The notes beneath the pieces are model-generated. The model was not told the DNA's origin. It saw only the letters and a list, made by a program, of their open reading frames with translations, and did not search any database. Below are positions 57,110-64,000 of a stretch of 64,000 nt of DNA, piece by piece; positions within the stretch are counted from its first letter, which is position 1; each line of letters starts with the position of its first letter. The DNA comes from Patescibacteria group bacterium. GTDB lineage: Bacteria > Patescibacteriota > Microgenomatia > UBA8517. The DNA lies in the NCBI GenBank assembly GCA_042571305.1, contig JBHPHS010000001.1, positions 2,781 to 66,780 on the forward strand, read 5' to 3'. A program made the position numbers and the translations under genes.

Positions 57110-57951
57110 AATCTCTTAGCAAAAGCTCTTCCTATCTTAATCGTTACGTCAAACTCCCCTTGGTCTTTCGATTTTTGACAGGAAAAGATGGTTGCAAACT
57201 TCTCAACAACCTCTTTTTTGCCCCCCCCTATCGTACAATTCGTATCATTGTTTGGTTTTTTCTGAACTGAAACAATCTTTCCTCCCATAATCTCAATAAT
57301 CTCTCCCATCTTTTCGGAAATCCCAATCTTCCCTGTTGCGTCTTCAATAAGCACCCTGGGGGTATTTTCAGCAATTGTGTAGTCAGAAAAATATACGGTT
57401 AGCCTTTCAGGAATTGTTCCATTTAAAACATACCCCCATTCACCGTCTTCCAGTTTCTGTTTTTTAACATACAGACTCTTTCCTAAATCTATCTCATTTT
57501 TATCAACCTCTTTAACACTCATCTTAAAAAAACTAAGCAGTATACTATCAACCAACGACATATTGGTTTTACCTTCACCCTTCCAAAGGTATACCGGAAA
57601 GTTAAAATTATTAGTTACGGTCTCGGCCAACAGTTTTCCTCCAAGGTGCTCATCAATACCCAACTGCCAAACGTTTTTGATTTTAAAAATTCCCTTTCCT
57701 TCAGCAACTGTAACCTGGGTATCTGCTGGAATAATAAAAGAGGTAATCTCGGAATTAACAGGATCAAATACAGACACTTTTATATCCCCGCCTCCTCCAA
57801 TTACTAAGCTTAATTTGTCTTTTCCGTTCCAATGTTTAGGAGAAAAAAACCAAAATAAAAATATAGTTATTAATAAAACAAGTGGAATTATTACCTTAAG
57901 GAGGTTAAAACTTTTCTTTTTTTGAATTTTGCGGGCAGATCTTTTCCTCAT
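57106..57951 (-). CDS. Degenerate LCP/LytR-like membrane-anchored protein
   Basis: TM, IPADT, C-terminal LytR_C-like EDATG..DVTIKIG. Confidence 0.55.
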   Translation of the reverse strand: MRKRSARKIQKKKSFNLLKVIIPLVLLITIFLFWFFSPKHWNGKDKLSLVIGGGGDIKVSVFDPVNSEITSFIIPADTQVTVAEGKGIFKIKNVWQLGIDEHLGGKLLAETVTNNFNFPVYLWKGEGKTNMSLVDSILLSFFKMSVKEVDKNEIDLGKSLYVKKQKLEDGEWGYVLNGTIPERLTVYFSDYTIAENTPRVLIEDATGKIGISEKMGEIIEIMGGKIVSVQKKPNNDTNCTIGGGKKEVVEKFATIFSCQKSKDQGEFDVTIKIGRAFAKRF

Positions 57952-59630
57952 TTTCTTTTTCCCTTGGTATGCATTAACCTTAGCTTCTTAATACCTAATC
58001 CAATTTCATCTTTCTTCTTTCCTTGTATGCGAAGAATTGTTTTAACAATTTCCATTGCAGCTTCAAACTCAGGCTGAACCACTTTGCTTACTCCCAAGGT
58101 CCTAAATTTGTCCCATTCGATATCCCTGTGTGCTCTTGAGATTATTTTTGTGTCCGGAGAAACCGTTTGAATATAGGCAATCAGAGTTTCTTGAGCAACA
58201 TGATCAGGAATTGCCAACACTATTGCTTTTGCACTGCGAATACCAACCGTCTCCAACACCTCAGGTTCCGTTGGATCCCCGTAGACAACTTTAATATCTC
58301 GCCTTTTTAGCTCTTTAACAACATTTTGATTGTAATCAACAACTACAAAAGGAATTCCCAAGTCCTCAATTGCCCTACCGACCCAACCCCCTACTCTACC
58401 AAAACCACAGATAATAATATGTCCAGCAAGTTCCTCATCAAAAGTCTTAATTTTCCCAGTTGCTGAGAATATTTTAGAAATCCCTCTTAGTTTTCTCCAC
58501 AAAGGTACAATGGCTTTAAAAAGAATGGGTGTTAGCAATAGTGTCAAAAGCACAGTTGCAATACCAACTGAAGCCTCGTCCGATGAAAGAAGAGAAAAAG
58601 CTAAAGATGAGGAAAATATTACAAAAGCAAATTCACCGATTTGAGCAAGACCTAAACTATTCGCAATTGCGGTTTTACCACGATAGCCAAAAGCCATATT
58701 CACCAAAAAGACAACAACAAACTTCAAAACAATCACAAATACTGAAAGTGTAATAATTATCGGTAGATGCGAAAACACAAATGCGGGTTTAACCAAAAAA
58801 CCTAAACTGACAAAAAACAAAGCAACAAACAAATCCCTTAATGGTCTTGTTTCAGCAAATACAGCATGGTTCTCCTGGGACTCCGAAATAACCACACCTG
58901 CCAAAAATGCCCCCAAAGCAGCAGATATTCCAAAAAACCCTGTTGCTGCGGCGGTCCCGAGTGCCAAAGCAACTGAAGTTAAAACTAAAAGTTCACGCGA
59001 ATTAACAGATGCAACCTTATGAATCAAGAACGGTGAAACCACTTTACCAAGCAAAACCGCCACAACCACTACTATTAAGGCTTTACCCAATGAAAGTGCA
59101 GATGCAACCAAGATAGATTCACCTGAGCCTGCAAGCACAGGAAGAAGAACGAGAATAGGAACTACAGCTAAATCCTGAACCAGAAGCCAACCAAACATTA
59201 TTCCACCGTGAATCGTGTCCAACTCTCCTGCATCCGCCAAAAGCTTTACCACGACCGCAGTCGATGAAAGTGAAAAACCTAAAGCAAGAATAATTGCAGA
59301 AGTATTTTCAAAACCTAACAAACTAAGAACAAAGTAGCTAACACCTGTTACCAAAACAATCTGAATAATAGCCCCAAAGGTGGCAACCCTAAAATACTTG
59401 GAAAGTCTATCAAAGGAAAGTTCAAGCCCGATGGAAAAAAGAAGCAAAATCACCCCAAGCTCCGCTAGTTTGCCTACATCATGAGTTTGTTGTGGAAAAA
59501 CTGAACCTATAACAACACCTCCTAATAAATAACCTACCAATGGAGGAAAACGCAGCTTCTTTGCCAAAAGTCCACCCAAAACTGCGGCGGCTATTACCAA
59601 AAATAAACTAACGATAGCTACATCAAGCAC
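57948..59630 (-). CDS. CPA2 cation:proton antiporter with TrkA-N domain
   Basis: GVILLLFSIGLE, LSSTAVV, LLVQDL, LGAFLAG, ICGFGRVG. Confidence 0.92.
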   Translation of the reverse strand: MLDVAIVSLFLVIAAAVLGGLLAKKLRFPPLVGYLLGGVVIGSVFPQQTHDVGKLAELGVILLLFSIGLELSFDRLSKYFRVATFGAIIQIVLVTGVSYFVLSLLGFENTSAIILALGFSLSSTAVVVKLLADAGELDTIHGGIMFGWLLVQDLAVVPILVLLPVLAGSGESILVASALSLGKALIVVVVAVLLGKVVSPFLIHKVASVNSRELLVLTSVALALGTAAATGFFGISAALGAFLAGVVISESQENHAVFAETRPLRDLFVALFFVSLGFLVKPAFVFSHLPIIITLSVFVIVLKFVVVFLVNMAFGYRGKTAIANSLGLAQIGEFAFVIFSSSLAFSLLSSDEASVGIATVLLTLLLTPILFKAIVPLWRKLRGISKIFSATGKIKTFDEELAGHIIICGFGRVGGWVGRAIEDLGIPFVVVDYNQNVVKELKRRDIKVVYGDPTEPEVLETVGIRSAKAIVLAIPDHVAQETLIAYIQTVSPDTKIISRAHRDIEWDKFRTLGVSKVVQPEFEAAMEIVKTILRIQGKKKDEIGLGIKKLRLMHTKGKRK

Positions 59631-59649
59631 ATATCCAGTTTAAACAAGC

Positions 59650-60354
59650 TTAAAGATGATGTAAAGCAGTCTTAAGGTCAGAAGGAAGCTCAGAGGTATA
59701 AGTAAGTTTATTACTACTTTTTACCGGATGTTTAAAAGCAATTTGCCCTGCATGCAAAAACAGCCTTGGACACCATAACCTATCTGCTCTTGAAGTTTTC
59801 CTGCCAGCGTAGAAGGTGTCTGAAACAACAGGATAGCCTAGATATTTCAGATGAATCCTAATCTGGTGGGTCCTTCCCGTCTTTGGAACGAGACTAACAA
59901 GTGTATAATCTTTTTTGTCTTTTTCTAAATATTTAACTACCTTATAAGAGGTTATGGCAGATCGTCCTCCTGGTAAAACTCCAAACCTGTCTCTTCTCCA
60001 AGGAAGCCTTCCTACAGGTACCGTAATTTCACCACTGGAGGGGCTAATGCGTCCATGAACCAAGGCTTTGTATGTTTTTTGGATTTTCCTTTCTTTAAAC
60101 ATATTTTTAAGTTTATTAAAAGAAGTTTTTGTTTTAGCTACAACGAGAACTCCGCTGGTTTCTTTGTCCAACCTATGGACAATTCCGTTTCGATATGGTT
60201 TTAAATTTGAGGTTTGGAATTTGAAATTATCCTTAAGCCAGCTTTGAATGGTTTTTTGATCCTTTGTAGATATTGCATCATCCGTTATCCAACCGCTAGG
60301 TTTGTCTAAAATCAATATATCTTTGTCTTCAAAAATTATTTTGGGGCTAGTCAT
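59650..60354 (-). CDS. RluA-family pseudouridine synthase
   Basis: DKPSG, VHRLDKETSG, TGRTHQIRIH, LFLHA. Confidence 0.93.
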   Translation of the reverse strand: MTSPKIIFEDKDILILDKPSGWITDDAISTKDQKTIQSWLKDNFKFQTSNLKPYRNGIVHRLDKETSGVLVVAKTKTSFNKLKNMFKERKIQKTYKALVHGRISPSSGEITVPVGRLPWRRDRFGVLPGGRSAITSYKVVKYLEKDKKDYTLVSLVPKTGRTHQIRIHLKYLGYPVVSDTFYAGRKTSRADRLWCPRLFLHAGQIAFKHPVKSSNKLTYTSELPSDLKTALHHL

Positions 60355-60746
60355 TTCTCACGCTTGGCAGCATCTTTAGCACAAAGTGTTGCTTCAGGAT
60401 AAACCATCAGCCTGTCGGTATCAATCATCTTGCCACACTCCTCACATATTCCGTACTTACCAATTTTTACTCTGGTTAGAGCTTTTCTTACCTGTACTAT
60501 CTTTCTGCTTATTTCTTTTTGAATAGCAGAGGTTCTTGCATGGCCAAACTGTTCTGCGGCATCGGTATCTGGAGAGGCATTATCAGTTACTCTTGAAACA
60601 TCTGCAAAAGGATCTTCTTCAGCAATCTCTTTTTTTCTTCTTTCCAAAAGTTTTAATTTCTCTTGTAAGAAATTACCTACCGGATTAAGCAAATTTCTTG
60701 GAAATCTCGGTGTTTTACTTACTTTTTTCCGAATTTCTTTTTTCAT
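60351..60746 (-). CDS. DksA/TraR zinc-finger protein
   Basis: Coiled coil, ALTRV..GKYGICEECG..RL..PEATLCAKD. Confidence 0.85.
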   Translation of the reverse strand: MKKEIRKKVSKTPRFPRNLLNPVGNFLQEKLKLLERRKKEIAEEDPFADVSRVTDNASPDTDAAEQFGHARTSAIQKEISRKIVQVRKALTRVKIGKYGICEECGKMIDTDRLMVYPEATLCAKDAAKREK

Positions 60747-61342
60747 CTTGATAAATTTAAGACAAGTACAAAACAAATGAATGACAAAACTGCAGAAATA
60801 TACACCTCAGCTGTCCCGACAAAGGATAGCACAGTATGAAAAGGTATGGCAAGAGCAGCTCGGATTAAAAAAAATATTCCCAGTACGGTTAGTCCGGTAA
60901 AGCCAACCTTCCCTGAACGATACCAACTAAAGTTTTTATAATGCATATCCAAAAAATAAAAAATGAATATCAAAACCAAACACAAAGCAAAAGCAACAAA
61001 AGAAATAATTGAATAGCTATTTATTGAATCACTTAAAAACAGTAAAGAAAGCCATGGCAAAAAAGACAATACAGTTACCTCTAAAGTTTCATAAGTTCTT
61101 AAATGAAATCTAAAAAATGAAATTCCAAGACCTAGCGCGATACCTAAAAGTGAAAACCAGAACCACCATAAGGGTAAAAACTTAAAAGAAATCCCTGCAA
61201 ATACCCCCAAAGCAGCAAGTATATAAAAAGAACTGCTAAAAACAATATCACTTGAATAATCTTCCTTAAGTCTTTTCCAAAACAAAAACAAAAAAAGAAA
61301 GATACCTAATAAATTAAATGAAATCGTATAAACCATTTGCAT
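60743..61342 (-). CDS. Polytopic membrane protein, distantly Lgt-like
   Basis: About 7 TM segments, YRSGKVGF near the C-terminus; Lgt signature not visible. Confidence 0.5.
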   Translation of the reverse strand: MQMVYTISFNLLGIFLFLFLFWKRLKEDYSSDIVFSSSFYILAALGVFAGISFKFLPLWWFWFSLLGIALGLGISFFRFHLRTYETLEVTVLSFLPWLSLLFLSDSINSYSIISFVAFALCLVLIFIFYFLDMHYKNFSWYRSGKVGFTGLTVLGIFFLIRAALAIPFHTVLSFVGTAEVYISAVLSFICFVLVLNLSR

Positions 61343-61376
61343 TGATTATATCTTATGCATTATGATAATTTCCAAC

Positions 61377-61838
61377 ATGCTTGAAACCCCACACGTTGCG
61401 GTAGGAGTAGCAATTGCCACAAAAATAGGCAACCCCTTTCTGGCAATTCCCCTATCTTTAGCTAGTCATTTTGTTCTTGAGAGGGTCCCTCATTGGAATC
61501 CGCACCTAAATACAGAAACCGAAAAGTACGGTAAACCCACCAAAAAAAGCACAATTATTGCTGCAGTTGACTCAACCTTGGCACTTGCTGGTGGATCATT
61601 TATTGCCCTTAGTGCGCTACCCAACACAACACAAATGATAACTATATTTGCCTGCTGTTTTGCATCTGTCTTACCTGATGTTCTGGAGGCTCCCTATTTT
61701 TTCCTAAACATAAGACCGCCGATACTAAAGCGTTGGATTAAGTTTCAAAAATCAATTCAGGTTGACGCATCCTTCCTTCCCGGTATTCTGACCCAAATTG
61801 CAGTTATAACAGCCTCCCTTTATTGGATATTTACCTAG
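61377..61838 (+). CDS. Membrane-bound metal-dependent hydrolase-like protein
   Basis: ETPH, SHFVLERVPHW, LPD. Confidence 0.65.
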   Translation: MLETPHVAVGVAIATKIGNPFLAIPLSLASHFVLERVPHWNPHLNTETEKYGKPTKKSTIIAAVDSTLALAGGSFIALSALPNTTQMITIFACCFASVLPDVLEAPYFFLNIRPPILKRWIKFQKSIQVDASFLPGILTQIAVITASLYWIFT

Positions 61839-62391
61839 CCCGTTCAAGATATTCACCACTTCGGGTATCAACCCTAACACTCTCCCCTACCTTAATAAAA
61901 AGGGGTACCTTTAATTTTAAACCGTTCTCCAATACCGCAGGTTTGTAGATATTTGTTGCAGAGTTTCCTTTTACCCCCGGATCGGTTTGTACTATTTTTA
62001 AAATCACTTTGGGAGGTAAATCAACGGAAAGGGCCTTCTCACCCCAAAATAAAACATCAACACTTTCCCCCTCCTTTAAGAAATATACCTGATCACCCAG
62101 AACTTTGGCGTTTATCTCTACCTGTTCATAAGTGGCCGTATCCATAAAATAAATTCCTTTTTCATCTTTGTACAAAAACTGAAGTTTTCTTTTTGAAGTG
62201 TCTGCATCCTCAACCGTTGCATTTGACTGATATGATATATCCTCCACCCCACCGGTTTCTAGGTTTCTTGCATTTATCTTGACATATGCACTACCACGGC
62301 CTAGCTTAATCAATGAATATTTCAATACCAAGTAAGGCTTTTTGTAATGCAGGAAAGCTTTCCCATTTTTCAAATTAGTTGCCCTAATCAT
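61831..62391 (-). CDS. efp: Elongation factor P (Arg32 type)
   Basis: KLGRG loop, FMDTATYEQ, PGVKGNSA, VPLFI..RVDTR. Confidence 0.95.
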   Translation of the reverse strand: MIRATNLKNGKAFLHYKKPYLVLKYSLIKLGRGSAYVKINARNLETGGVEDISYQSNATVEDADTSKRKLQFLYKDEKGIYFMDTATYEQVEINAKVLGDQVYFLKEGESVDVLFWGEKALSVDLPPKVILKIVQTDPGVKGNSATNIYKPAVLENGLKLKVPLFIKVGESVRVDTRSGEYLERAR

Positions 62392-62452
62392 ACCCAGAAG
62401 CTATTTTAGCTAAAAACTATGATAAAATATAGCAGCTCTTAGATAAAAATAA

Positions 62453-62537
62453 GCCGAGGTGGCGGAATGGCAGACGCTCAGGTCTCAAAAACCTGTGGAG
62501 ATAATACTCCGTGGAGGTTCGACTCCTCTCCTCGGCA
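62453..62537 (+). tRNA. tRNA-Leu(CAA)
   Basis: GCCGAGG/CCTCGGC, CAGGT-CTCAAAA-ACCTG, long variable arm. Confidence 0.95.
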
Positions 62538-62546
62538 CAGATATAG

Positions 62547-64000
62547 TTATTTTCTTTTTGTCTCCCTTTCGAAAAATTTGATTCTGTCTCCTTTAAAGTA
62601 CAAAGGAACTGAAGCTAAGGGTCCGTTTCTGTGCTTTGCTATTTCAAGCATAATATTTTCCGAATTTTCCTCATCCTCACGCCACAAAAACATAACAACG
62701 TCTGAGTCTTGTTCGATGCTGTTGTGAACAATAATATCGTTTGCAATAAAGTTTGCATACTTGGGAACTGTTGCATCATAAACTTTTTTTATCCCAATCT
62801 TCTCAATTTCCTTTACCTCATCCCAATAAATATCGGAGGTTGATAAGTTCAATAGATATTTATCATCTAGTTCAATAGCAATCTTCTTAAGTCTTTCTCT
62901 TCTTATATCACATTTAAACTTCTTGGCCCTGTCGTTTACCCTTCCTGTTTTTTTATTAAATTCTTCTTCTGTTATATTGTTTTTTACTGCCAACGTATCT
63001 ATATAATGCCAAATCTCTTCCGGAATCATATTGCTTAGGTGGGTGTTTGGAATCGCTACATTTTTGGGGTTTGAATTAGTTAACCTAGGAACAGCCACCC
63101 TATCTCCAATTTGTAGGTTATCCAACCTTTCCCAACCACATAACTTATAAAATGGATGATTTCCTGAAGCTTTTATCTCTCTTCCGCTTTTTAAAACTAA
63201 CTTGTAAACCATTTTTCTTCCACTAGGAAATACTCTAGAAACTTTGGTTTTGACCAACTTAAGGTCTCCATCAAGAGCCAGGGTTCTAAACCTACTTTTA
63301 CCAACCAATGTTTTTATTTCAACCATCTTTCCACTATCTGCATCTAAAATCTTGGTGTTTCCCAATAAACATCCGCTTTCTCTTAAATCCGCCAGCTGTG
63401 GTTTTTTAACACCTCTTTGTTCAACTGCACGCGAAAGCTGAGAAATTGCCAAAACAGGGACCTTAATCTCACGAGCAAGATTTTTTAATCCTTGGGAAAT
63501 TTCGGATACCTCCTGAACTCTGTTCTCAAGTTGTCTACTTCTGGCAAGTTGCAGATAATCTACAATAACCAGATCAACCCCACTTTCAACCTGAAGACGT
63601 CTTGCCTTGGTACGCATCTCGATAATGGACAGTGCTGGTGTGTCATCAATAAACAACGGTGCTTCGGCAAGCTCCCCCATAGCGTTACTTAATTTAGTAA
63701 AGTCTTCCTCATCAAGTTTTCCTGTCTTTAGCTTCCAAGCATCAATATCAGCCTGAGATACCAAAAGTCTGTCAACCAGCTCTTCCTTGCTCATTTCAAG
63801 AGAGAAAAACCCAACTGGTCTTTTTAATTTAACAGCGACATTTTGAGCAATGCTAAGTGCAAGTGAGGTCTTGCCAACTCCAGGCCTTGCAGCAAGAATT
63901 AAAAGATTGCTTTTCTGAAGTCCAGCCAAAGCATCATCAAGTGACTTAAAACCGGTTGAAACACCCCTTAATCCTTCCCCTTGCTTGTGCAGCTCATCTA
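62547..64000 (-). CDS. dnaB: Replicative DNA helicase with intein (5' part outside window)
   Basis: AARPGVGKT, FSLEM, VDYLQL, SQLSR, DLRESG..SIEQD, KHRNGP. Confidence 0.96.
   Translation of the reverse strand, partial: DELHKQGEGLRGVSTGFKSLDDALAGLQKSNLLILAARPGVGKTSLALSIAQNVAVKLKRPVGFFSLEMSKEELVDRLLVSQADIDAWKLKTGKLDEEDFTKLSNAMGELAEAPLFIDDTPALSIIEMRTKARRLQVESGVDLVIVDYLQLARSRQLENRVQEVSEISQGLKNLAREIKVPVLAISQLSRAVEQRGVKKPQLADLRESGCLLGNTKILDADSGKMVEIKTLVGKSRFRTLALDGDLKLVKTKVSRVFPSGRKMVYKLVLKSGREIKASGNHPFYKLCGWERLDNLQIGDRVAVPRLTNSNPKNVAIPNTHLSNMIPEEIWHYIDTLAVKNNITEEEFNKKTGRVNDRAKKFKCDIRRERLKKIAIELDDKYLLNLSTSDIYWDEVKEIEKIGIKKVYDATVPKYANFIANDIIVHNSIEQDSDVVMFLWREDEENSENIMLEIAKHRNGPLASVPLYFKGDRIKFFERETKRK
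62721..63371 (-). mobile_element. 217 aa mini-intein in DnaB
   Basis: RESG|CLLGNT..SGNHPF..VYDATV..NFIANDIIVHN|SIEQ; no LAGLIDADG motif. Confidence 0.93.

Overview
Gene-dense, AT-rich bacterial chromosome segment using standard code 11 (TGA is stop). Gene content suggests Patescibacteria/CPR of the Microgenomates type (inference: DUF5660- and DUF5656-like genes, domain-trimmed TF/ThrRS/PheT, large pilin array). It holds translation and replication housekeeping genes (thrS-infC-rpmI-rplT-pheST, tyrS, recG, rpmF-nusB-rnc-rpsP, gyrB, gyrA, efp, and dnaB with a mini-intein), four tRNAs, a type IV pilus locus of about 17 kb interrupted by an opposite-strand surface-protein cassette, a membrane H+-pyrophosphatase and one Xer-type recombinase. 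The most notable unannotated signals are: (1) a complete Phe-rich leader-peptide attenuator coupled to rplT upstream of pheS; (2) a palindromic dif-like site at a local GC-skew flip near xer; (3) a promoter-hairpin-terminator RNA upstream of a lysozyme-like gene; (4) three TT(C/A)GG-N6-TT(C/A)G(G/T) direct repeats, candidate LexA boxes; (5) an apparent ATA start for a minor pilin; (6) pervasive leaderless-type promoters. All calls come from reading motifs by eye; no database searches or folding programs were run.
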